The position numbers and the translations under genes are program-made. The notes beneath the pieces are model-generated. The model saw only the letters and a list, made by a program, of their open reading frames with translations, searched no databases and had not been told where the DNA came from. From Gammaproteobacteria bacterium (lineage in GTDB: Bacteria; Pseudomonadota; Gammaproteobacteria; Eutrophobiales; Eutrophobiaceae), in assembly GCA_965601665.1 (NCBI GenBank), contig OZ271833.1, positions 2,146,607-2,210,606 on the forward strand: 64,000 bases of DNA, given 5' to 3'. Below, one piece after another: positions 7,990 through 17,104 of this stretch (within the stretch, counting starts at the first letter, position 1; every line of letters starts with the position of its first letter).

Positions 7990-10032
7990 ATGAACGAGAA
8001 TCCATTACTTAATAACCAGGGACTGCCCAGCTTCGATGCGATCAAGGCCGAGCACATTGAACCTGCAATCGATACACTGCTGGACGAAAACCGTAAGCAA
8101 CTAGAGTCATTGCTGGAACAAACCAGCGATTACAGCTGGGACAACCTCCTACAACCGATGGAAGATATGGATGACCAACTCGGTAGAGCCTGGTCTCCAG
8201 TCAGCCACCTGCACTCTGTTGCAGACAACGAGGATCTGAGAACTGCTTATAATGCCTGCTTATCCAAGTTATCAGACTACGCGACCGAGCTCGGTCAAAA
8301 CAAACAGCTGTTTAAGGCATATGAATACATCGCAAACCGCGATGACTTTAACGAGCTGAGTACGGCGCAGCAAAAAATCGTTAGTAACGCCCTGCGTGAT
8401 TTTCGCCTGTCCGGCATCGACCTGGCAGCGGATAAACAGAAGCGTTACCGGGAGATCCAGCAGGAACTGTCACGACTGCAGACCAGGTTCGAGGAAAACC
8501 TCATGGATGCGACACAGGCATGGAGTCGGCTGGTTACCGATGAGACAGAACTGGCAGGCTTGCCTGAATCCGCCACGGCGCTGGCACAGCAGAATGCCAG
8601 CAACAACGGCAAGAAAGGTTGGCTGTTCACACTGGAACTGCCTTCATACATGCCTGTCTTGCAGTACGCAGATTATGCCGATTTACGTAAGGAGATGTAC
8701 GAGGCCTACGTAACCCGTGCGTCTGAACACGGTCCCGGCGCCGGCAAATGGGACAACAGCAGCGTTATGCAGGATATCCTCAAGCTGCGCACCGAGAAAG
8801 CAAAATTGCTTGGCTACGAAAGCTATGCTGATTATTCATTGGCCACGAAGATGGCGAATGATCCGCAACAGGTGCTGGAATTTTTAAGGGACCTCGCTGC
8901 ACATAGCTACGCTTCAGCAAAGAAAGATTTTACCGAAGTGGCTGAGTATGCACGCGATATAGACGGCAAGCACAGTCTCGAGGCATGGGATGTGGCTTAT
9001 TATTCGGAAAAGTTGCGCCATGAAAAATTCGATATCTCGCAGGAAATGCTTCGTCCGTATTTTGCGATAGACAATGTGCTTGACGGGCTGTTCGCAATTA
9101 CCGGCAAGTTGTACAGCGTTACCATCAAGCAACGCAAAGATATCAACGTCTGGCATAAGGACGTTCGTTTCTTCGATATCCTCGATAGCAACGGTCAGGT
9201 AAGGGGCAGTTTTTATCTTGACCTCTACGCGCGGCAACATAAGCGCGGCGGAGCGTGGATGGATGAATGCCTGGTTCGGAAGAAGCTTGCCAGCACTGTA
9301 CAGACGCCCGTTGCCTACCTTACCTGTAATTTCACTCCGCCTATCGGTGACAAACCATCGCTGATTACGCATGACGAGGTAACGACACTGTTCCATGAGT
9401 TTGGTCATGGCTTACATCATATGTTGACTCGTATCGATTTCAGTGGTGTATCCGGTATTAATGGCGTGCCATGGGATGCCGTAGAGCTACCTAGTCAGTT
9501 CATGGAAAACTGGTGTTGGGAAAAAGAGGCACTGGACCTTTTTGCCCGACATGTCGATAGCGGCGAAACCATTTCCGATGAGCTTTACGAAAAAATGACC
9601 CGCGCCCGGACATTCCAGTCCAGTATGCAAATGGTCAGACAGCTGGAATTTGCACTGTTTGATTTTCGTCTCCATCATGAGATTGCCGGTAACGAGGCCC
9701 TTGATATTCAGCAGTTATTAAACGAGGTGCGTGAAGAGGTTGCTGTTGTACCGGCACCTAACTTCAATCGTTTCCAGCACAGCTTCTCGCATATTTTTGC
9801 GGGTGGCTATGCCGCAGGCTATTACAGCTATAAATGGGCGGAAGTTTTGTCCGCCGATGCCTTTTCGAAGTTTGAGGAAAACGGTATCTTTGATCCAGAG
9901 ACAGGCAGGCAATTTCTTGAAACCATACTTGAGCAGGGAGGCAGTCGGGAACCACTGGATTTATTTATTGAATTCAGGGGCCGTGAACCCAGCATAGAGC
10001 CTCTGTTGAGGCATGCCGGCATTAGTGCCTGA
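7990..10032 (+). CDS. prlC: Oligopeptidase A (M3 family zinc metallopeptidase)
   Basis: Start trimmed to MNENPLLNNQGLPSF. HEFGH zinc motif (LFHEFGHGLHHMLT), and length of about 680 aa is typical. Confidence 0.9.
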   Translation: MNENPLLNNQGLPSFDAIKAEHIEPAIDTLLDENRKQLESLLEQTSDYSWDNLLQPMEDMDDQLGRAWSPVSHLHSVADNEDLRTAYNACLSKLSDYATELGQNKQLFKAYEYIANRDDFNELSTAQQKIVSNALRDFRLSGIDLAADKQKRYREIQQELSRLQTRFEENLMDATQAWSRLVTDETELAGLPESATALAQQNASNNGKKGWLFTLELPSYMPVLQYADYADLRKEMYEAYVTRASEHGPGAGKWDNSSVMQDILKLRTEKAKLLGYESYADYSLATKMANDPQQVLEFLRDLAAHSYASAKKDFTEVAEYARDIDGKHSLEAWDVAYYSEKLRHEKFDISQEMLRPYFAIDNVLDGLFAITGKLYSVTIKQRKDINVWHKDVRFFDILDSNGQVRGSFYLDLYARQHKRGGAWMDECLVRKKLASTVQTPVAYLTCNFTPPIGDKPSLITHDEVTTLFHEFGHGLHHMLTRIDFSGVSGINGVPWDAVELPSQFMENWCWEKEALDLFARHVDSGETISDELYEKMTRARTFQSSMQMVRQLEFALFDFRLHHEIAGNEALDIQQLLNEVREEVAVVPAPNFNRFQHSFSHIFAGGYAAGYYSYKWAEVLSADAFSKFEENGIFDPETGRQFLETILEQGGSREPLDLFIEFRGREPSIEPLLRHAGISA

Positions 10033-10050
10033 CGATATGCATAAACCGTT

Positions 10051-10737
10051 ATGACCACTAATCAATTCATTATTTTCTGTTTACTGGCAACTGTGCTCAG
10101 CAGCGCTCTTGCAGAAACGAATTATGTTATCGATGAATTGCGCGTGGGATTACACAAGGATGGCACAACCGAGAGCCCAATCGTCAAGATTGTTCCCAGC
10201 GGTACGGCACTGCAGATACTTGGCCGACAAGGCGATCTTGTGAAGGTAAGAGAGCCTGATGGAGAAGAGGGCTGGGTACATAAACGTTACCTGATTAATA
10301 CAGAGCCTGATAATACCCGCATGCTCGAACTTCAGCAGCGCAACACGGCCCTTGAAAAACAGCTACAGCAAAAACAGGCGGCGGCAAACACAGGCAACAG
10401 TAAGGAACTTGAACGCCAGCTGGATAGCGAAAGACTGAAAGTAGGCGAACTGCAGGCACAGCTGGCTGATCTGAAAGCGCGAATTGGTGATGCAGAAAAT
10501 AGCGAATTGCTGGAAGAACAGGTGCGGCTGCGTCAGGCAAATAATGACCTTGTTGCCCAGCTTGCCATGGCCGGCGTTGATATGCCGGCAGAGACTTCGC
10601 CCGCAGAAATCATCAGCGCCGGTAACTGGAAACTGATTGCGGTCTCGTTAGCCTGCCTGTTTGCACTTGGTGTCGCCAGTGGCGCATTCCTGCTTGATTA
10701 CCTTAATCGCCGACGCCACGGCGGCTTTCGCGTTTAG
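10051..10737 (+). CDS. Secreted SH3-domain protein (YgiM/TIGR04211-like) with coiled-coil and C-terminal TM anchor
   Basis: Signal peptide, bacterial SH3 segment (LRVGLHKDG...ALQILGRQGDLVKVREPDGEEGWVHKRYL), long coiled coil, and a C-terminal TM helix. Confidence 0.7.
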   Translation: MTTNQFIIFCLLATVLSSALAETNYVIDELRVGLHKDGTTESPIVKIVPSGTALQILGRQGDLVKVREPDGEEGWVHKRYLINTEPDNTRMLELQQRNTALEKQLQQKQAAANTGNSKELERQLDSERLKVGELQAQLADLKARIGDAENSELLEEQVRLRQANNDLVAQLAMAGVDMPAETSPAEIISAGNWKLIAVSLACLFALGVASGAFLLDYLNRRRHGGFRV

Positions 10738-10761
10738 TCGCCCACCGTAAACTGAATTAGC

Positions 10762-11532
10762 ATGTTCAAGATTGCGACGTGGAACGTTAATTCGCTGAAA
10801 GTACGTTTACCCCATGTGCTGGACTGGCTGGCCTCGGCCAAACCTGACGTGCTTGCATTGCAGGAAACCAAAACAGTGGATGAAAACTTTCCTGTGGAGG
10901 CAATTGAGGCGGCCGGTTATAACGCCAGTTTTATTGGCCAGAAAACCTATAATGGCGTGGCTGTTCTCAGCCGGCATACCCAGCAAACGCTGGCAATGGC
11001 AATACCGGACTATGAAGATCAACAGCGACGAGTGCTTGCTGTTAGCTGCCAGGGCGTCACCGTGTTGAATCTTTACGTGCCGAATGGCTCGGAAGTGGGT
11101 TCCAGCAAATACAGTTATAAACTGGAGTGGTTCTCAAACTTGCACCCGTTTGTAAAAGCATTGCTGCAACAGAATAACAAGGTAATTGTGCTGGGTGATT
11201 TTAACATCGCCCCCGAGGACAGTGACGTGCACGACCCGGCAGAATGGGCCGGATGCGTTCTTGTTAGTGAGCCTGAGCGTGCCGAGTTCCAAAAGCTGAT
11301 TGCTGCCGGATTCAAGGACTGTTACCGATTATTCGACCAGGCCGAATCCGGATTTTCGTGGTGGGATTACCGCGCTGCTGCATTCAGACGTAATCGTGGA
11401 TTGCGTATAGACCATATCCTGGCCAGCCAGCCGTTGGCGGAAACATGTGTAAGTTGTAGTATTGATAAGGAGCCCCGAAAACTGGAAAGGCCCTCAGACC
11501 ATACCCCGGTTGTCGCAGAATTTGACCTTTAA
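10762..11532 (+). CDS. xthA: Exodeoxyribonuclease III
   Basis: MFKIATWNVNSLKVRL...LQETK...GDFNIAP...DHTPV are the ExoIII/AP endonuclease family motifs. Confidence 0.9.
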   Translation: MFKIATWNVNSLKVRLPHVLDWLASAKPDVLALQETKTVDENFPVEAIEAAGYNASFIGQKTYNGVAVLSRHTQQTLAMAIPDYEDQQRRVLAVSCQGVTVLNLYVPNGSEVGSSKYSYKLEWFSNLHPFVKALLQQNNKVIVLGDFNIAPEDSDVHDPAEWAGCVLVSEPERAEFQKLIAAGFKDCYRLFDQAESGFSWWDYRAAAFRRNRGLRIDHILASQPLAETCVSCSIDKEPRKLERPSDHTPVVAEFDL

Positions 11533-11557
11533 CGCAATTTGACTAAAGGTAGCTTAA

Positions 11558-11923
11558 ATGATGGAAAACCAGAGCAATACATTCGATTTTGACGAAATGG
11601 CCCGCCTTGCGACGGAAGATCCGGATGGATTCGAACGTAGACGTGAACAATTACTGGCAGCGGTCATAGAACAGGCCTCGCCCGACCTGCAGCGACGTTT
11701 AAAAGGTCTTCAATGGCAAGTAGACCAGGTGCGCATGACCACCAGCAACCCGATGGCATCGTGCATTCGTATCTCGCAAATGATGTGGGACAGCGTACTG
11801 GAAAAAGATGGTCTGTTGGAAAACCTGCAGCGTCTTCACTATGCAGAACAGTCGCAACAGCAGCAGACCAAGCAGACCGCAACCGTGGTTCAGTTGTTTG
11901 ACGAGAAGCCGGCACAGGAATGA
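11558..11923 (+). CDS. DUF3135-like small protein
   Basis: FDFDEMARLATEDPDGFERRREQLL resembles the DUF3135 N-terminus. Assignment is from memory of the family. Confidence 0.45.
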   Translation: MMENQSNTFDFDEMARLATEDPDGFERRREQLLAAVIEQASPDLQRRLKGLQWQVDQVRMTTSNPMASCIRISQMMWDSVLEKDGLLENLQRLHYAEQSQQQQTKQTATVVQLFDEKPAQE

Positions 11924-11997
11924 TTGGCGTTGCGTCCCGGTCAGGTTTGACATAAACTCCCGGCCCCTGACTTTAAAGAGTATCTAGGTTTAATCAA

Positions 11998-12198
11998 ATG
12001 AAAGCGAGCATTCACCCTGATTATCAGGAAGTTAACGTCAAGTGCAGCTGTGGTAATACTTTCACCACGCGCTCTACCAACGGCCAGGATATGGTGATAG
12101 ACGTATGTTCCGAATGTCACCCGTTTTACACAGGTAAACAAAAAATCCTCGATTCTGGCGGTCGTGTCGATCGTTTCCGACGTAAATATGGCATGTAA
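11998..12198 (+). CDS. rpmE: 50S ribosomal protein L31 (zinc-ribbon type)
   Basis: 66 aa [22 protein letters not shown]...[13 protein letters not shown] with a CxxC...CxxC ribbon. Confidence 0.95.
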   Translation: MKASIHPDYQEVNVKCSCGNTFTTRSTNGQDMVIDVCSECHPFYTGKQKILDSGGRVDRFRRKYGM

Positions 12199-12221
12199 TA
12201 AAGTCACAAGCGCTATTTTAA

Positions 12222-12247
12222 AAAACGCCCTGACCGGGCGTTTTTTT
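12222..12247 (+). terminator. Rho-independent terminator after rpmE
   Basis: AACGCCC-tgac-GGGCGTT stem followed by T7. The T-run abuts the ATG of the next gene. Confidence 0.75.
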
Positions 12248-13006
12248 ATGCCCCTGACACTGGTTTTCTTGTTTGTTGCCAGTACCGCCCAAGGCGCTGA
12301 CGACAAGAAATGTGCAAGTACTCACTATCATGAGAGGGTTGAAATTAAAAAGGTTATCGATGGTGATACCGTCATACTGTCTGACGACAGACACATACGA
12401 CTGGTAGGTATAGATACACCCGAAATCTTTCATGATGACAGGCCTCATCAGCCCGGTGCTATCAGGGCCAGAAAAGCGCTAAAAGGTCTGCTCGCTGATG
12501 CCGACTACATAGGCCTTCGCTATGACTCGGAGCGCCAGGACCGCCATGGCAGAACACTGGCACACCTGTTCCTGCCCACGGGCACGAACATACAGGCAAA
12601 GCTGTTGGCAGCAGGACTTGCCATGCCCCTGTTTATTCCACCAAGTGTTATGTATGCAGAGTGTTATGCCGATGTCGCTGCTGATGCAAGATCTGCTTCC
12701 AGGGGACTTTGGGCATTGCCCACATACCAGCCTGTCAAAGTAAGCAAGTTAGCGGGTAACGAACGTGGCTTTCACATTATCACCGGACGGGTGCGATACC
12801 TGTCAGAAAGCCGCAGCGCATTGTGGATCAATCTTGAAAATAATGTCGCATTGCGGATCACTCGACCAGACCTGCCCTATTTCGATGACGCGAAATTACA
12901 AGGGTTGACGGGAAAGCAGATTGAAGCCCGGGGCTGGCTCTACGAGCGCAACAGTCAACTACGTATGCGTCTACGCTTTCCACTTGATCTATCTATAATT
13001 AAATAA
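12248..13006 (+). CDS. Secreted thermonuclease (SNase-like) family protein with extra C-terminal domain
   Basis: Start trimmed to MPLTLVFLFVASTAQG signal. Core DGDTV...RLVGIDTPE...RHGRTLAHLF is SNase-like. Confidence 0.7.
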   Translation: MPLTLVFLFVASTAQGADDKKCASTHYHERVEIKKVIDGDTVILSDDRHIRLVGIDTPEIFHDDRPHQPGAIRARKALKGLLADADYIGLRYDSERQDRHGRTLAHLFLPTGTNIQAKLLAAGLAMPLFIPPSVMYAECYADVAADARSASRGLWALPTYQPVKVSKLAGNERGFHIITGRVRYLSESRSALWINLENNVALRITRPDLPYFDDAKLQGLTGKQIEARGWLYERNSQLRMRLRFPLDLSIIK

Positions 13007-13044
13007 GTAGTCGACAAGGCACATCACTGGCGGAGTTAGGCAAT

Positions 13045-14508
13045 ATGTCGTTTTTTGTTCGGATTATCCTTGCAGTCCTGATGACAACCTTATCAGCATG
13101 CGCTGTGAATCCTGTTACCGGGAAACAGGACCTCGCCCTGATGTCCGAACAGGATGAAATTGCCCTCGGTAAAAAAACACATCAGCAGGTATTACAGCAA
13201 TACCGGGTTTACGATAATCCGGCATTACAAAGCTATGTGCGCCTGATCGGTAACAAGCTGGCTGACTCAAGCCATCGTCGTCAACTTGAGTACCACTTCA
13301 CTGTTCTGGACAGCAAGGAGGTCAACGCGTTTGCGTTGCCCGGGGGCTACATCTACATCACACGAGGGCTGATGGCCTATCTCAACTCGGAGGCAGAACT
13401 TGCAGCCGTACTAGGCCATGAGATAGGACATGTGACTGCCCGGCACTCGGTCAGGCAGTACAGCGCACAGCAATTGACCGGAATTAGCGTACTGCTTGGA
13501 TCATTATTTATTCCGGGTATGGAACAGGCCGGCAGTCAACTAATGCAGACTTTTGGTGCTGCCATCCTGCGCGGGTATGGCCGGGAACACGAACTGGAGG
13601 CAGATAAACTGGGTGCCGAATACCTGGCGCGCACAAATTATGATCCGGAAGCGATGCTGGATGTAATCGGCGTGCTCAAGGACCAGGAAGTATTCGAGAG
13701 GGATAAGGCCAGGGACCAGGGCAGGGAGCCAAATGTTTACCACGGTGTCTTTGCCACACACCCTGACAATGATACGCGACTTCAGCAAGTAGTCAGTTCG
13801 GCGAAATCGTTAGCTGGTGAGGGTAACGTAAACTACTTAGGTCACGAGGAATACATGTCATACATCGACAACCTCGTATTTGGCGATAGCCCAAAGGAAG
13901 GCATTCAGCGTGGATCTGATTTTTTTCACCTGGACCTGGACTTCGCCATGACCTTCCCAACCGGCTGGAATGTCACCAATAAGCCAGATCGCCTGGTTAT
14001 GGTTGAACCCGGAGAAAAGGCGGTCCTCCAGCTGTTTGCCGAAAAAATTGAGCGCAGCCTGACACCAAGGCAGTTCATGATCGAGCGACTCGGCCTTACA
14101 AATCTTGATAAAGAGTCCGCGTTGCTGATCAATGGCCTCGATGCCCATACTGGCATATCGGTTGTAAAAACCGGCGCAGGGCCAAGACCCGCCCGTTTCA
14201 CCGTTGTTTATCATGGCAATTATGCATTTGTATTTGCAGGCATGACGCCCTATGCGGGGCTAATGGCAACGTTCGACCCGATGTTTCGGCAAACTGCGGG
14301 CAGCTTTCATCAAATGACCGCTGCTGAACGAGACAAGGCACAACCGATGACTCTTCAGGTGATACAGGCCGATGCCGACAGCAGTTACGAGTCGCTTTCC
14401 AGTCAGTCAGTACTTGAAACCGATTCAGAAGCGCTGCTTAGACTATTAAATGGCCACTATCCTGATGGCGAGCCGGACGCAGGGGAATTGATAAAGATCG
14501 TTCGCTGA
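13045..14508 (+). CDS. M48 family zinc metalloprotease, lipoprotein (LoiP/YcaL-like)
   Basis: Lipobox LSAC, HEIGH motif (AVLGHEIGHVTARHS), NAFALPGGYIYITRGL, and a C-terminal domain of about 200 aa. Confidence 0.8.
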   Translation: MSFFVRIILAVLMTTLSACAVNPVTGKQDLALMSEQDEIALGKKTHQQVLQQYRVYDNPALQSYVRLIGNKLADSSHRRQLEYHFTVLDSKEVNAFALPGGYIYITRGLMAYLNSEAELAAVLGHEIGHVTARHSVRQYSAQQLTGISVLLGSLFIPGMEQAGSQLMQTFGAAILRGYGREHELEADKLGAEYLARTNYDPEAMLDVIGVLKDQEVFERDKARDQGREPNVYHGVFATHPDNDTRLQQVVSSAKSLAGEGNVNYLGHEEYMSYIDNLVFGDSPKEGIQRGSDFFHLDLDFAMTFPTGWNVTNKPDRLVMVEPGEKAVLQLFAEKIERSLTPRQFMIERLGLTNLDKESALLINGLDAHTGISVVKTGAGPRPARFTVVYHGNYAFVFAGMTPYAGLMATFDPMFRQTAGSFHQMTAAERDKAQPMTLQVIQADADSSYESLSSQSVLETDSEALLRLLNGHYPDGEPDAGELIKIVR

Positions 14509-14543
14509 TAGTTACCGTCGCAACCGGTCACAGCGTGCAGCGG

Positions 14544-14576
14544 TTATCCACATTTTCTGTGGATAACTATGTGGAA
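14544..14576. promoter_or_regulatory. DnaA-box cluster: perfect TTATCCACA and inverted perfect TGTGGATAA 5 bp apart, plus degenerate TATGTGGAA
   Basis: Read directly from the sequence. Both 9-mers equal the DnaA box consensus. Located in the 400-bp gap between convergent genes. Confidence 0.5.
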
Positions 14577-14781
14577 GGCTTGCAGACAAACAACTCTTCA
14601 GCCACTGTTTGTTGCCGCTATATTAAATCGGTTAATATTTAACCGGCCCCGCTATACATTTATAATCAACTAGTTACACGTATCAGCAAGGCGTTCAGCC
14701 AAGATCCTGGACAATCAATAAGCGTAAACCCAGATTGGCCCAGCATGTGCATAACCTTCAGCAGACTGTTGACAAGTTAAT

Positions 14782-14809
14782 CAGTTTCTGGAACTTAAAG
14801 ACAACCCAG
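14782..14809 (+). promoter_or_regulatory. Sigma-E/AlgU-type promoter GGAACTT-N16-TCTAA
   Basis: GGAACTT at 14782-14788, a 16-nt spacer, and TCTAA at 14805-14809. This is a textbook ECF sigma-E/AlgU consensus. Confidence 0.55.
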
Positions 14810-14815
14810 GGTTCT

Positions 14816-14933
14816 AAATAATTGCACTAGCATTCCCGCAACCTCCCTTAGCGGGAATACCCCGGTCTCCCCAGCCGGGTTAAATTTGCCCCGGCGTAAG
14901 CCTAACCCTATAGCTCCCCGGGGCCTTTTTTTT
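14816..14933 (+). ncRNA. Candidate sigma-E-dependent sRNA of about 118 nt, at the Spot42/ErsA position relative to engB
   Basis: Begins about 7 nt after the -10 element. 8-bp hairpin ATTCCCGC/GCGGGAAT, 5-bp hairpin CCCGG/CCGGG, and a terminal stem GCCCCGG/CCGGGGC followed by U8. Plus-strand orientation convergent with engB matches E. coli spf and Pseudomonas ersA. Confidence 0.45.
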
Positions 14934-15543
14934 CTTTTCCAAATAACCATCCTGCCAACTGCTGCCGCGCGTCATCAACCCCGGTGCCTTTCAGCGCGGA
15001 AAAAAGCTGGCAGGTCTCACCCGGACCAATCAGCTCATTTTTCACCTGTAGCATTGCATTCCTGGCTGCACTTTTAGATAACTTGTCAGCCTTGTTGAGC
15101 AGGATATGCATGGGAATACCGCATGTGCGTGCATAATCCAGCATCTGCCGGTCAAAATCGCCCAGTGGATGACGAATATCCATAATAAGGAAAATCCCCT
15201 GTAGAGACTGCCGCTCGCGTAAGTAATGTTCAAGCAGCCTGGCCCATGTCTTTTGCATTGCCTCACTGACCCTGGCAAAACCATAACCAGGAAGATCAAC
15301 CAGGTAGATACCGGTGTCATATTCAAAATAATTCAGTTCGCGCGTACGCCCCGGTAATTTACTGGTTCGGGCCAGGGATTTACGCTGGGTAACGCGATTA
15401 AGGACGCTGGATTTGCCCACATTTGAGCGGCCTGCAAACGCAACTTCAGTACCTTTATCTGGCGGCAGCTGTTTACTGGCAGCAACCCCGAGTTTGAACT
15501 CGAAACGACTGTACCAGTTATCAGGTAGCTCTATGTCAGGCAT
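14908..15543 (-). CDS. engB: Ribosome biogenesis GTP-binding protein EngB/YihA
   Basis: G1 GRSNVGKSS, G3 DLPGYG, G4 NKADK. 211 aa. Confidence 0.9.
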   Translation of the reverse strand: MPDIELPDNWYSRFEFKLGVAASKQLPPDKGTEVAFAGRSNVGKSSVLNRVTQRKSLARTSKLPGRTRELNYFEYDTGIYLVDLPGYGFARVSEAMQKTWARLLEHYLRERQSLQGIFLIMDIRHPLGDFDRQMLDYARTCGIPMHILLNKADKLSKSAARNAMLQVKNELIGPGETCQLFSALKGTGVDDARQQLAGWLFGKEKKGPGEL

Positions 15544-15720
15544 GGGTTTTTCTTCTTGTATCGGTCATCAATCTGGTAATCGGTGAATTTGTTCAAGCTT
15601 TTTTGAAGATCCACGCCATATCGATTAATCTAGCGACCCCTATCAGGGAACTATTGGGGCAAGGATACTATCAGTAACCAGGCAATGCCCATCAAGTTGA
15701 CGATTTTTAGGATCACTTAG

Positions 15721-16329
15721 ATGAATATCAGAAAAATAGCTACTTTAATTTTGCTTTCGGGTTTCGCAATCAGTGCAACTGCTGACAGTGGTGATCCGGC
15801 GAATGGTAAAACCCTTTCTGCCACCTGTGCTGCATGTCACGGCACTGACGGAAACAGCCCCAGCGGCGCCTGGCCAAAACTGGCAGGACAGCATTCTGTC
15901 TACATTATCAAGCAATTGCAGGACTACAAGTCTGGTGCTCGAGAAAATGCCATTATGGCGGGAATGGCGGCTACGCTCAGTGAGCAGGATATGCGCGATC
16001 TGGGCGCTTACTTCTCCAGCCAAAAAATCAAGTATGGTGTGGCCGACCCGCAATATGTAGAACTCGGTGAGCAAATATATCGTGCCGGCATCAGGGAATC
16101 CGGGGTGCCGGCGTGCATGGCCTGCCACGGACCTGCAGGCAAGGGTAACCCTGCTGCCAATTATCCTGCACTTGCAGGACAACATGCCGAGTACACCGAA
16201 ATACAGATGCAGGCCTGGAAGACCGAAACCCGTGCAAATGACAGCAATGCCGTGATGCGCACAGTAGCCGGACCAATGACTAACGAGCAAATCAAGGCGG
16301 TTTCAAACTATCTGCAGGGCTTGAGATAA
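15721..16329 (+). CDS. cc4: Dihaem cytochrome c4
   Basis: Signal peptide, two CxxCH motifs (CAACH, CMACH), and about 200 aa. Adjacent to dsbA and engB as in Pseudomonas. Confidence 0.85.
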   Translation: MNIRKIATLILLSGFAISATADSGDPANGKTLSATCAACHGTDGNSPSGAWPKLAGQHSVYIIKQLQDYKSGARENAIMAGMAATLSEQDMRDLGAYFSSQKIKYGVADPQYVELGEQIYRAGIRESGVPACMACHGPAGKGNPAANYPALAGQHAEYTEIQMQAWKTETRANDSNAVMRTVAGPMTNEQIKAVSNYLQGLR

Positions 16330-16405
16330 ATCGAGCTTGCAGGGCGTATTTTCGGATTTTCGCCTGTCTATAGAAATAGCATTGATTAAACTCATAAGGA
16401 TAACC

Positions 16406-17026
16406 ATGAAACGATTTATTACCCTGCTGGGCGTCAGCCTGCTGCTATTCAGCTTACAATCACAGGCAAAAGACGGCTACGTTTCCATTTCTCCTGCGCA
16501 GCCAACACAAACCGGAAACAAGATAGAAGTGGTTGAAGTGTTCTGGTACGGATGTCCACATTGCTACGACTTCGAACCCTACATTGATAAGTGGTTGGAA
16601 ACCAAACCTGATGATGTCGAATTCCGTCGCATGCCGGGGATATTTCGTAAAAGCTGGATACCACATGCCAAGGCGTACTACACGGCAGAAAAGCTGGGCG
16701 TACTGGATAAAATACACGCGCCACTTTTTACGGCTTTACATAAGCAAAGAAAACGAATCTACGATGACGAAAGCCTTGAAGAATTCTTCGAAGATCAGGG
16801 TATCGATGATGATGAATTTCGAAAAATTTATGATTCAGAAGAAGTTGATACCAAGGTTAAACAGGCTTTTGTCATGGGCCAGCGTTATAAGGTGACCGGC
16901 ACTCCTGCTATCGTCGTCAATGGCAAGTACTTGGTAAGCGGCAGTTCTGCAGGCAGTTTTGAAAATGCATTAAAGGTCATTGATGATCTGGTCGCTAAAG
17001 AGAGAGCGCTGGCCGCAAAAGAGTAG
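16406..17026 (+). CDS. dsbA: Thiol:disulfide interchange protein DsbA
   Basis: Start trimmed to MKRFITLLGVSLLLFS signal. Active site WYGCPHCYDFEP. Confidence 0.9.
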   Translation: MKRFITLLGVSLLLFSLQSQAKDGYVSISPAQPTQTGNKIEVVEVFWYGCPHCYDFEPYIDKWLETKPDDVEFRRMPGIFRKSWIPHAKAYYTAEKLGVLDKIHAPLFTALHKQRKRIYDDESLEEFFEDQGIDDDEFRKIYDSEEVDTKVKQAFVMGQRYKVTGTPAIVVNGKYLVSGSSAGSFENALKVIDDLVAKERALAAKE

Positions 17027-17104
17027 GTTTTCAACATTGGTGCGCGACCTGTAAAGGCCGGCATTACAATTCTCAAGCTGTCATGGCGCGATACGACCCG
17101 TTAA

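Noticed and set aside
8396-8713. Multiple short ORFs (60-160 aa) in alternative frames within prlC, msbA-like, uvrD, purK, photolyase, pilT/pilU and others
   Set aside because: They are embedded in, or antisense to, long well-conserved genes, with no independent RBS or recognisable domains. These are typical six-frame noise.
14916-14935. CCCCGGGG plus T-run considered as an engB terminator
   Set aside because: It lies inside the engB coding sequence, encoding the KKGPGEL C-terminus. For the minus strand it is not downstream of the stop. It is retained only as the terminator of the plus-strand sRNA candidate.
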